Shown here piece after piece: positions 1-7,716 of a stretch of DNA of 18,072 nt. This DNA is from Bdellovibrionota bacterium. Its GTDB lineage: Bacteria; Bdellovibrionota_C; UBA2361; JBGSMV01. The position numbers and the translations under genes were made by a program. Location of the stretch: the NCBI GenBank assembly GCA_044356455.1, contig JBIKWF010000094.1, forward strand, positions 1 through 18,072. Reading direction: 5' to 3'. How positions within the stretch are numbered: position 1 is the first letter of the stretch; each line of letters begins with the position of its first letter. Below the pieces are notes generated by a model that made no database searches, had not been told where the DNA came from, and saw only the letters and a program-made list of their open reading frames with translations.

Positions 1-1
1 G

Positions 2-616
2 AAGATAATTCGAGACATCTCGATGGCTACCATGCGCCAGGTAGTGGGGGACAAGTCGGTATATGAGGTGCTCACGGTAGGCCGCGAACAGATTGCGTCG
101 GAAGCACGGGAGCTGACGCAGCGCCTTCTTGATTCAAAATATGACATGGGAGTGCGTATTGTCGCAGTGAACTTGCAGTCAGTGAGCCCGCCGGCTCCTG
201 TTGCGCCATCGTTCAATGACGTTAATGCCGCCATCCAAGATAAGGACCAGCTCATAAACACTGCGGAAGCCGACTACAACAAAGTGATTCCTGAGGCGCG
301 AGGAAAGGGTGAGCAGGAGCTCTTACTGGCGCAGGGTTTCGCGACAGAAACAATTAACCGTGCCCTGGGTGATGCGGATAGGCTTACTAAAATGATTGCG
401 GAGTACGAGAAGGCGCCTGAGGTCACCAAGACGAGGTTGTACCTCGACACGATGGAGGGAGTGCTTACTCGCATGCAGTCCCTTACCATCGTGGACCCAG
501 ATCTCAAGGGCATTTTGCCACTCTATGGTTCGGCTAGTCCTGTGATGGAGTCACCGCGCGAGCTTGCTGCGGTGCAGGAAACGCTTGAGCAAACTACTCG
601 ACAGGGCGCGCGTTAA
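2..616 (+). CDS. hflK: FtsH protease modulator HflK (SPFH family), 5' end outside window
   Basis: Frame is open from position 2 (KIIRDISMATMRQVVGD...). HflK-type motifs: VLTVGREQI, VNLQSVSPPAPVAPSFNDVNAA, YNKVIPEARG, EYEKAPEVTKTRLYLDTME. Directly followed by hflC. Confidence 0.93.
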   Translation, partial: KIIRDISMATMRQVVGDKSVYEVLTVGREQIASEARELTQRLLDSKYDMGVRIVAVNLQSVSPPAPVAPSFNDVNAAIQDKDQLINTAEADYNKVIPEARGKGEQELLLAQGFATETINRALGDADRLTKMIAEYEKAPEVTKTRLYLDTMEGVLTRMQSLTIVDPDLKGILPLYGSASPVMESPRELAAVQETLEQTTRQGAR

Positions 617-634
617 GGACAACAGGGAAAGATT

Positions 635-1633
635 ATGAACAAGTTGAATGCGGTATTTTTCGGGCTTTTTGTAGTGGGCAGTGTAGTTTGGAACAGCATG
701 TTCACCGTGCCTGAGGGTTTCCAAGCCATAGTTACGCAGTTCGGTGAGCCAAAAGGAGATGCGAAGACCAAGCCTGGGCTGCATTTTAAGTTGCCCATCA
801 TTCAAGAGGTGCGGTACCTCGACCGGCGCATTCTTAACTGGGACGGGGAGGCGAATCAGATTCCTACCAAGGACCAAAAGTTCATCGTGGTAGATACCAC
901 CGCGCGCTGGAAAATATCTGATCCGATAACTTTCATTCAGAAACTTGTTGAGCAGCAGAGCGCTGCCGTTCGCTTGGGCAATATTATTAATTCCGCTACA
1001 AGGGATACTATCTCCTCCCATGATTTGGTTGAAGCGGTGAGAACGACCAATACCATTATCGAAAAACAGAAGGTAGCTTCGGCCACCGCCGCGGCAGTTG
1101 CCGCGAGCGAGGCTGGCTCTATCTTGTCAGCGGTTGCTGAAGAGATAGGTTCTGAGCTCGATCAGATTCGTATCGGCCGCGAAAAACTTAGCGAGAAGAT
1201 TGCAGAACGAGCGAGACCCGAGCTTAAGAACCTTGGGATTGAGCTGATTGACGTGCAGTTGCAGCGCGTATCGTACGAGCGAAGCGTTGAGCAGAGCATG
1301 TTCCAAACCATGGTCTCAGAACAAAATCGCATCGCCGAGAAGTTTCGCTCAATCGGTAAGGGTGAGCAGGCTCGGATTCGAGGAAAGACGGAGCGAGATC
1401 TAAAAGAAATACAATCGGGCGCCTATAAGAAGGTGCAAGAGATTCGCGGTAAAGCCGAAGCTGAGGCTATCTCAATTTATGCGAAAGCAATTGGGAGCAA
1501 CGCTCGCTTCTACGAGTTCCTTCGGACTATGGAAGTTTACTCCCGAGGTTTGCGGAATGATTCGACGCTCGTCATGTCTGCCGATGCCGACTTTCTCAAG
1601 ATGCTTCGTAAGGGTGGAGATTCGAACGGGTAA
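635..1633 (+). CDS. hflC: FtsH protease modulator HflC (SPFH family)
   Basis: N-terminal TM segment, then FTVPEGFQAIVTQFGEP, PGLHFKLPIIQEVRYLDRRIL, TKDQKFIVVDTTARWKISDP, RGKAEAEAISIYAKA, FYEFLRTMEVY. Starts 18 nt after the hflK stop. Confidence 0.95.
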   Translation: MNKLNAVFFGLFVVGSVVWNSMFTVPEGFQAIVTQFGEPKGDAKTKPGLHFKLPIIQEVRYLDRRILNWDGEANQIPTKDQKFIVVDTTARWKISDPITFIQKLVEQQSAAVRLGNIINSATRDTISSHDLVEAVRTTNTIIEKQKVASATAAAVAASEAGSILSAVAEEIGSELDQIRIGREKLSEKIAERARPELKNLGIELIDVQLQRVSYERSVEQSMFQTMVSEQNRIAEKFRSIGKGEQARIRGKTERDLKEIQSGAYKKVQEIRGKAEAEAISIYAKAIGSNARFYEFLRTMEVYSRGLRNDSTLVMSADADFLKMLRKGGDSNG

Positions 1634-1771
1634 CCCACTCCACTACGTGCGGCTTTAAAAATTATAAGAGAACGCGAGTGCGGCGCTGATTCCCGGGAAG
1701 ATCAGGGGGCCGATTCCGTATGAGATCGCGGTGGAGTGCTTCGGCTGAAGAAAGGGCTGGATTTTGGCCAC

Positions 1772-1839
1772 TCCTTAGTGGTCTCCGTGGTCTTGGGGTA
1801 GTTTTAATGAACCACTAAGACCACAGAGACCACAAAGGA
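1772..1839. repeat. Family A palindromic intergenic repeat (9-nt-periodic arms); possible bidirectional terminator between convergent genes
   Basis: Left arm tccttagtggtctccgtggtctt (1772-1794) matches the reverse complement of the right arm accactaagaccacagagaccacaaagga (1811-1839) with 2 mismatches over 23 nt. The same arm recurs at 4945 and 13512. Confidence 0.85.
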
Positions 1840-1855
1840 AAGCATCTTCAGTAGC

Positions 1856-2569
1856 TCAGGCTCGTGATTTTAGGTCCGCAATTTCAGGCCCATAATCTGG
1901 TTCATGCGGAACTGACGTCACCTTCTGATAGAGCTCAGCCATGCGTTCATACGGGATGTAATGAAATGACAGCGCACGCTTCATCACCTCCTCAAGCGCC
2001 TGAGGCGAATCGTCGCTCACATACTTTTCGGGCGGATGCACATTAAAGCCCTCGACGTGCACTACGGGGATACCAAGCTCGGCAAGAATGACTCCAATCG
2101 TTACATCGCTATATGCAAAGAGCTTGGCGGACATGAGCACGGGGTGAATCATCTGCAGGGCTGCGTTACTAAGCGCATAACTTGGGCCGCCTTGGGGGTA
2201 GGCAAGGTCGGGGAGGGGCGGAAAATCTTTGATGCGCCTTCCAAAACAGACCGGTTTTGTTGGGTCTTGGGTGCCTAAGAATTTCTCAAGACGCTCAGGG
2301 AATAGAAGTGAATCATCGTCACAGACAACTACCCAATCACAATTCGCGTAATCTGTGCCTTTGATGGCCTGAAGGCCGTATACCGTTTTTATCGTGGCAG
2401 AGGCGTAGTCAGGGGGGCACTTAAAATTCATTACCGTGGGAATCGGACTCGGTGCGTCACTCATGTAGAGCACATCATAGTCGCGCCCTAGCGCCCAAGA
2501 GGCGCGAATCGCTTGGACGCGAGTATCATGATATTTGCCGGTGGTGGCAACGATGTACACTATGGACAT
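1856..2569 (-). CDS. Fringe-like / GT31-type glycosyltransferase (GT-A fold)
   Basis: 237 aa. Fringe-like motifs in the expected order: TTGKYHDTRVQAIRASW, DWVVVCDDDSLL (DxD), YPQGGPSYALS, SDVTIG, ALSFHY. Confidence 0.75.
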   Translation of the reverse strand: MSIVYIVATTGKYHDTRVQAIRASWALGRDYDVLYMSDAPSPIPTVMNFKCPPDYASATIKTVYGLQAIKGTDYANCDWVVVCDDDSLLFPERLEKFLGTQDPTKPVCFGRRIKDFPPLPDLAYPQGGPSYALSNAALQMIHPVLMSAKLFAYSDVTIGVILAELGIPVVHVEGFNVHPPEKYVSDDSPQALEEVMKRALSFHYIPYERMAELYQKVTSVPHEPDYGPEIADLKSRA

Positions 2570-2626
2570 CGCTACGTCGTAAGATGTTTCGGAGGTTCTG
2601 TAAAGGGACGGGCTGAGGAGATGAAT

Positions 2627-2920
2627 TTAAGACATCCAGCTCGCGGGAGACGCGTCGCGCATTGCTTCTGTGACCGCTTGCTTCAGATTGGGCATGACGA
2701 GCTCTTTAAAAAGTCCATCGCCTGCTGCTATTGCCATTCCACCAGCCTGAAGGGCACCTGAACCAGTTGTGTTCAGGGCCGATGAGCCACCTCGTGCGAC
2801 TAGTTCGGCAGTGGCGGCAACGGGTACCGCAAGAGCATCCAGTGCCTGAGCAGAGGTGCTCACCGAGCTGGCCGCCACGGCGCCTACGACCTTTGCAAGT
2901 TTTGCGAGTCCGCTCAGCAT
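2627..2920 (-). CDS. Small Ala/Gly/Ser-rich hypothetical protein
   Basis: 97 aa ATG-started ORF with amphipathic helical character, filling the gap upstream of the co-oriented glycosyltransferase. No recognised family; start uncertain. Confidence 0.5.
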   Translation of the reverse strand: MLSGLAKLAKVVGAVAASSVSTSAQALDALAVPVAATAELVARGGSSALNTTGSGALQAGGMAIAAGDGLFKELVMPNLKQAVTEAMRDASPASWMS

Positions 2921-3128
2921 GCTGGTAAGTCCAGAAACAGCAAAATCTATATATGGTTATTGTCAGAGGACGACGGAGTGTTACGTAATTCACTCACTCC
3001 CCCCGTAAGTCATTAGGAATAGGGACAATTTGAGAGTTCCCCTCGCCATCCTGTTGAAACAGGTCGTGTAACAGTTTGTAGTTTCAGGCTACTAATAGGG
3101 CGCGTTCTACTTGGTTGGGGATGTATTT

Positions 3129-4901
3129 ATGAGAGAGCTGCTTTGGGCATTGATGAGTCTGCTGCTCCTTGTTCAAGGAGCAAGTGCTGCTCCCTCTGGT
3201 GCGAGTGCCGACACGGGCAAAATTGTGTGGCATGCCTGGACCGATGATATTTTCGCACAGGCCAAGAAAGAGAAGCGGCTTATCCTTCTGGACCTTGAGG
3301 CGGTGTGGTGCCATTGGTGTCATGTCATGGACGAGCGCACCTACAGCGATCCGCGGGTGAAGGAGGTCATCGCAAAATCTTATCTTCCGGTGCGGGTTGA
3401 TCAGGCGAGTAGGCCCGACCTTGCCGATAGGTATCAGGACTATGGCTGGCCGGCGACTATTGTGCTGAATGCCGATGGGCAAGATCTATGGAAGGAGTCG
3501 GGATTTATCAGTGCAGAGGATTTTGTAGTAGCGCTGAAGCGAATTGCAAGAGATCCAAGCGCGACCGCCGAGGCGCCAAAAGTTATAGCCGCCGCCGGAA
3601 AATTGACTACCGAGACTCGAGGCGAGCTTGTCGCAAGGCACTACAAGACACTCGATGAGCAGGGAGGGGGAACAAAGAGCAGTCATCGCTTTTTAACGCT
3701 TTTCCCGATCGAGTACTCTCTGCTTCGGGCTGCCGAGGGGGCTGAGCGAGATAGGTCCTGGGTGCGACTTACCCTTGAGGGCGGACTTAAGCTCATAGAC
3801 CCAGCCTGGGGAGGGATTTATCAGTATTCGACCGATCAGGACTGGGATCACCCGCATTTTGAAAAAATCGTAGAATCTCAGGCGAATGCCATCGTGTTGT
3901 ATTCTCGTGGGTTCTCAGTTTTTGGGGACCCGCGGTTTCTTCAGGCCGCGCAGCGTGTGAGAGAGTATCTCCAGAATTTTTTACTCAGCCCAGAAGGTGC
4001 TTTTTACGCCTCTCAAGACGCGGATCTTGTGCGCGGCCAGCATTCAGCAGAGTACTTTGCGCTCTCTGATGCAGAGCGGAGGGCGCGTGGCATCCCGCAA
4101 GTCGATAAGAGCCTATATGCGCGTGAAAATGGACTGCTTATCGCGGCGCTTACCGAACTCTATTCCGTTTCGAATGATCCCCAGGATCTAAGGCTCGCAG
4201 AGAACGCGGCACGCTGGGTGCTTAGCCACCGTATGCTTCCCAAGGGGGGATTTGCACATGGAGAGAAAGATGGATCTCTCATGTACCTGGCGGACAATAC
4301 TGCAATGCTGCGGGGATTGCTTGGGCTCTACCAAGTTACAGGTGAAAGGAGCTGGCTAGCGGAGGCTAGCAAGGTAGGAACCTTCATGAGCACGCAGTTC
4401 GTTGATGACAAACCAGGAGTGCTAAGCTCACGTTCAGCAGGAAAAGTTCTGCTAACGCCGGTACGACTTACGGACCAGAATGCTGATGTGGCGCGGGCTG
4501 CGAATCGCCTCTTCCAGTATACAGGGGACGAGCATGTGCGCGCTCTCGCAGAACATGCAGAACGCTATGTGAGCGATGCCGCGGTTGCTCTCGAATATCG
4601 CTCCCAGCCTGCGGTTCTGCTTGTGAACGAAGAGCTGAACAAGGACCCGCTTCACATTACGGTGATAGGTCATAAGGATGACGCGGGCGCGCGCGAGATT
4701 TTTCTCGCGGGGCTTAGATACTTTTCACCTTACAAGCGAATCGAATGGTGGGACAAACGCGAAGGTGAATTGCCGAGAGCTGACGTGGGGTATCCCGAAC
4801 TTCCTTCGGCGGCGGGGTTTGTCTGCACGAATAAACGCTGCTCTTTACCGCTTATGGGCGGCAAGGAACTTATCGAGACCATTGAAAGGTTTAGAAAGTA
4901 G
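3129..4901 (+). CDS. YyaL/SSP411 (DUF255)-type thioredoxin-domain protein with six-hairpin-glycosidase-like domain, probably exported
   Basis: ATG at 3129 begins a signal peptide-like segment (MRELLWALMSLLLLVQGASA). Motifs WCHWCHVM, RPDLADRY, GWPATIVL, PHFEK, GAFYASQDAD, C-terminal FVCTNKRCSLP. Confidence 0.85.
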   Translation: MRELLWALMSLLLLVQGASAAPSGASADTGKIVWHAWTDDIFAQAKKEKRLILLDLEAVWCHWCHVMDERTYSDPRVKEVIAKSYLPVRVDQASRPDLADRYQDYGWPATIVLNADGQDLWKESGFISAEDFVVALKRIARDPSATAEAPKVIAAAGKLTTETRGELVARHYKTLDEQGGGTKSSHRFLTLFPIEYSLLRAAEGAERDRSWVRLTLEGGLKLIDPAWGGIYQYSTDQDWDHPHFEKIVESQANAIVLYSRGFSVFGDPRFLQAAQRVREYLQNFLLSPEGAFYASQDADLVRGQHSAEYFALSDAERRARGIPQVDKSLYARENGLLIAALTELYSVSNDPQDLRLAENAARWVLSHRMLPKGGFAHGEKDGSLMYLADNTAMLRGLLGLYQVTGERSWLAEASKVGTFMSTQFVDDKPGVLSSRSAGKVLLTPVRLTDQNADVARAANRLFQYTGDEHVRALAEHAERYVSDAAVALEYRSQPAVLLVNEELNKDPLHITVIGHKDDAGAREIFLAGLRYFSPYKRIEWWDKREGELPRADVGYPELPSAAGFVCTNKRCSLPLMGGKELIETIERFRK

Positions 4902-4902
4902 G

Positions 4903-4925
4903 ATTTTTCGGAGTAGGTTCCCTAG
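4903..4925 (+). repeat. Family B motif, degenerate copy
   Basis: atttttcggagtaggttccctag aligns to gtttttcagaggttccctaa (7584) with a 3-nt insertion and ends in CTAG. Confidence 0.5.
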
Positions 4926-4944
4926 GTCTTCCAAGAGAATTTTT

Positions 4945-4974
4945 CTCCTTAGTGGTCTCTGCGGTCTTAGTGGT
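4945..4974 (+). repeat. Family A repeat, single arm
   Basis: ctccttagtggtctctgcggtcttagtggt is near-identical to the arms at 1771 and 13512; no partner arm seen nearby. Confidence 0.8.
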
Positions 4975-5052
4975 TGTTCTAAAAATCGCACGTCCCTTAA
5001 GAAGCGCTCGAGGCCGCTTGCGACGCCTCTTCCGGGCGCGCATAGTGTCTCC

Positions 5053-5952
5053 ATGTCTTCGAACCCCCTGCCTAAGGTAGCCATGGATCCCAAAGAGCGC
5101 GCCGTATTCTGGGGCATGTGTGGATCTGCGTTTGGGCTTCTTCCTACTGCCTACGTAACTTTTATCTCCAATTCTCTGGTACTGTTCGGTGACTTTCTGC
5201 GCTGCGTGGTGGAGTTCCTTGCGATAGTGGTCTCATATTTTATTCTTAGGCGGGCTCTACGCGGAGAGCGGCAATTTTACGATTACGGTTTTGGAAAACT
5301 TGAGCAGCTAGGCAGCGTCTGTGTGGCTCTTGCCATGCTTTTTACTTTTTTTGTGCTCGCGGCCCTGGCCATAAATCGCCTCCTCACTCCCGTTGAAGTC
5401 CAGAATGTGGGTTCTGGGTTTGCCCTGTCACTGATTGCGGTGCTTGCCAATGGGGCCTTGTGGCTGCACAACCGAGCGCTTGCTCAGGCGGATGGGTCTC
5501 CGATTCTCCAGGCGCAGGCGCAGCTCTTTAGAGCAAAGGCGTTGGCCTCTCTTGTCGTCGTCGTTACGCTCGGAAGCTCTCTTATCAGTTCGTCCTCTAC
5601 TATCCCGCAGATTCTTGATCCTATTGGCTCACTTTTACTTGGCGCATTCCTCTTCTATTCAGCAGTTCTGCTTCTTTCGTCTTCTATGGATGATCTACTG
5701 GATCGGTCTGTCAAAGAGGCAATTCGGCTTCTGATCCTGCGCGTGCTTATCGCGCACGAAGAGGCGTATCACGGATTTCGTGGAATAAAGACGCGCCGCG
5801 TGGGAACGAAGATCTTTGTTGAGATTATGCTCGAATTTGCTGGCTCGAAACCTTTCGGAGAAGTCGCAGAAGCGTCTCGGCGTATTGAAGCGGGGGTAAG
5901 CGGGGCCCTTGGCGGAAGTGAAGTGATGGTACTCCCTGTTCTTAAGGGCTAA
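5053..5952 (+). CDS. Cation diffusion facilitator (CDF/FieF-like) fold transporter with non-canonical metal site
   Basis: About 6 hydrophobic segments, YDYGFGKLEQLG loop, LDPIGS, MDDLLDRS, and a C-terminal domain with IKTRRVGTKIFVEI. Start at ATG 5053 or 5083; the longer ORF call from 4678 overlaps the upstream gene and repeats. Confidence 0.8.
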   Translation: MSSNPLPKVAMDPKERAVFWGMCGSAFGLLPTAYVTFISNSLVLFGDFLRCVVEFLAIVVSYFILRRALRGERQFYDYGFGKLEQLGSVCVALAMLFTFFVLAALAINRLLTPVEVQNVGSGFALSLIAVLANGALWLHNRALAQADGSPILQAQAQLFRAKALASLVVVVTLGSSLISSSSTIPQILDPIGSLLLGAFLFYSAVLLLSSSMDDLLDRSVKEAIRLLILRVLIAHEEAYHGFRGIKTRRVGTKIFVEIMLEFAGSKPFGEVAEASRRIEAGVSGALGGSEVMVLPVLKG

Positions 5953-5954
5953 AC

Positions 5955-7304
5955 TTGATCACAGCAGTAGCTGCCGAAACTGAAGAATCTGTTCGAGAGG
6001 TCTGCTCTCGTATCGCTCGGGGCGAGCTGAGGGGTACCACGAAAATCAGGCTTTCTGGTAACCTTTGCACTTTTCCAAGGGAGCTGCTCGAACTGAAAGA
6101 TTCCCTCGAAATTCTTGATCTATCGCAGAATCGGCTAGATTCTCTCCCTCGGGATTTTGGAGTCTTTCAGCGCCTCCGCATTTTCTTCGCAAGTGATAAT
6201 CAGTTTGTGAAGTTTCCTCCTGAGCTTGCTGAGTGCCCCAAGCTCTCCATGATTGGGTTTAAGTCAAACGCAATATCTGCAGTTGATGCTGACGTGTTTC
6301 CGCCAGCGCTGCGCTGGCTCATTCTCACCAACAATCGGATTTCAGCCCTTCCGGGATCGATTGGTCGCCTGTCTGCACTCGAAAAACTCATGCTTGCGGG
6401 GAATGTGCTCTCTTTTTTACCGAACGAGCTTGCGCTTTGCCAAAATCTTCGTTTACTGCGCATCTCGGCAAACGCGTTCGAGCAATTTCCCGAGGTGGTG
6501 CTCAAGCTTCCGCGGCTCGCGTGGTTGGCACTTGCCGGGAATCCATTCCTGCGTCAGGCATCCGGATTGCCCCCTCGCTCGTTGCCTACGTTTCTGTGGA
6601 GCGATCTTACGATAGGAAGGCTTCTAGGAGAGGGGGCCTCAGGTAGGATTTATTCAGTGAGCCATCATGGGGGAGCGCCGCTTGCTCTTAAAATTTTCAA
6701 AGGGGCAGTGACGAGCGATGGGTACGCAAACGATGAGATACGGGCTTGGCTTAGCATTCCGCCGCACCCGCATCTTGTAAAGCTAGAAGGTGTTCTCGCG
6801 CAGCATCCCGAGGGGCATCAGGGATTAGTGTTCGCGATGATTCCTAATACCTTTGAGCGGCTTGCCGATCCGCCAAGTTTTGATTCCTGCACTCGAGATG
6901 TCTATTCGAGGCGGCTGCTCTCCTCCAGAGCGGGCGTGCTGCAGACGGCCCAAGATATCTCTTCGGTGCTTTCGCATCTTCATGCGCAGCACGTGCTACA
7001 CGGTGACCTGTATGCGCACAATATTCTCGTTGATAGGGATGGTATGTGCTTGCTCGGGGATTTTGGCGCTGCCAGTCTGTGTGGCCCACACTTCGATCCG
7101 CAGCTTTTTAAGATTGAGATGCGAGCTCTCGGAGCTCTCTTCGAGGAGCTCTGCGTAATGTTGCAATCTTTCAATGGGGACGATGACAAGCATGTAGCCC
7201 AGGGACTTTTGCGGCTTGCTGCTCAGTGCCAAAGCTCTGAGCTGGCTAGAGTGCCGCTTCCCGAGCAAGTGATACGTGCTCTTTCCGTGCTTCGGGGGGA
7301 ATAG
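5955..7304 (+). CDS. Leucine-rich-repeat-containing protein kinase
   Basis: About 7 LRRs (LEILDLSQNRLDSLP, LRWLILTNNRISALP, LEKLMLAGNVLSFLP) followed by kinase motifs LGEGASGRIY, ALKIFKG, HGDLYAHNIL, LGDFG. TTG start 2 nt after the CDF stop. Confidence 0.9.
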   Translation: MITAVAAETEESVREVCSRIARGELRGTTKIRLSGNLCTFPRELLELKDSLEILDLSQNRLDSLPRDFGVFQRLRIFFASDNQFVKFPPELAECPKLSMIGFKSNAISAVDADVFPPALRWLILTNNRISALPGSIGRLSALEKLMLAGNVLSFLPNELALCQNLRLLRISANAFEQFPEVVLKLPRLAWLALAGNPFLRQASGLPPRSLPTFLWSDLTIGRLLGEGASGRIYSVSHHGGAPLALKIFKGAVTSDGYANDEIRAWLSIPPHPHLVKLEGVLAQHPEGHQGLVFAMIPNTFERLADPPSFDSCTRDVYSRRLLSSRAGVLQTAQDISSVLSHLHAQHVLHGDLYAHNILVDRDGMCLLGDFGAASLCGPHFDPQLFKIEMRALGALFEELCVMLQSFNGDDDKHVAQGLLRLAAQCQSSELARVPLPEQVIRALSVLRGE

Positions 7305-7340
7305 CGCGAGATATGTTCTCGTGGAATGTCTAACCGTCAT

Positions 7341-7372
7341 GTCTCACGGGATCCCAGACGGGTCCGTGAGAC
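7341..7372. other. Strong hairpin downstream of the LRR-kinase (terminator-like or REP-like)
   Basis: gtctcacgg (7341-7349) and ccgtgagac (7364-7372) form a perfect 9-bp inverted repeat, extendable past one bulge. No U-tract follows. Confidence 0.5.
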
Positions 7373-7411
7373 TGCGTTGGAAATCCGCCATCTCGTCTCC
7401 GCGCCCGAATC

Positions 7412-7466
7412 GCTGCGCCGCAGCCTGGCAGCGAGACGACCGCGCCGCAGCCTTTGGCGAAGGCGG
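7412..7466 (-). repeat. Family C GC-rich 55-nt element
   Basis: Reverse complement ccgccttcgccaaaggctgcggcgcg...ggctgcggcgcagc matches 12763-12817 at both ends. Internal direct repeat gcgccgcagcct at 7415 and 7442. Confidence 0.65.
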
Positions 7467-7519
7467 CCGGGCGTGAGCAAACTAGGCTAAGTTTCCCCCA
7501 GTCTTAAAACACCTCTGTG

Positions 7520-7582
7520 TACCTTCGTGTCTTCTGTAGTGAATTCCTGGGTGAAAGTTTCAACACAGAGGACGCCGAGGTA
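7520..7582. repeat. Family A-like palindromic repeat (divergent)
   Basis: taccttcgtgtcttctgtagtgaa (7520-7543) versus the reverse complement of 7559-7582 (tacctcggcgtcctctgtgttgaa): 18/24 identical, with several mismatches G:U-compatible. Confidence 0.65.
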
Positions 7583-7583
7583 A

Positions 7584-7603
7584 GTTTTTCAGAGGTTCCC
7601 TAA
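7584..7603 (+). repeat. Family B motif (IS-terminal-repeat-like plus YTAR)
   Basis: gtttttcagaggttccctaa; near-identical copies at 12853 and 13609. Confidence 0.75.
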
Positions 7604-7716
7604 TTCACGAGACTTCCAGAGACGGCTCGTAAAAACCCCTTATCTATCAACAGCTTAGAAGTTTAAAGAAACTCAGCTTTTTTCTTAAAAGTGCCGACTT
7701 TACGACTCTGAATCGT

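Noticed and set aside
1072..1150. Ala-rich stretch within HflC
   Set aside because: HflC proteins commonly carry a variable insertion at about this position.
1611..1636. GTTCGAATC on the minus strand resembling a tRNA T-loop or att site
   Set aside because: No T-stem pairing or cloverleaf, and it lies within the hflC coding end.
4678..5052. N-terminal extension of the CDF ORF
   Set aside because: It overlaps the YyaL-like gene by over 200 nt and runs through intergenic repeats; CDF-like sequence starts after ATG 5053/5083.
7673..7700. Possible sigma-28 promoters (GCCGACTT at 7693; also GCCGAATC at 17500)
   Set aside because: The -10 matches are partial and the -35 boxes are poor or mis-spaced; not supportable without TSS data.
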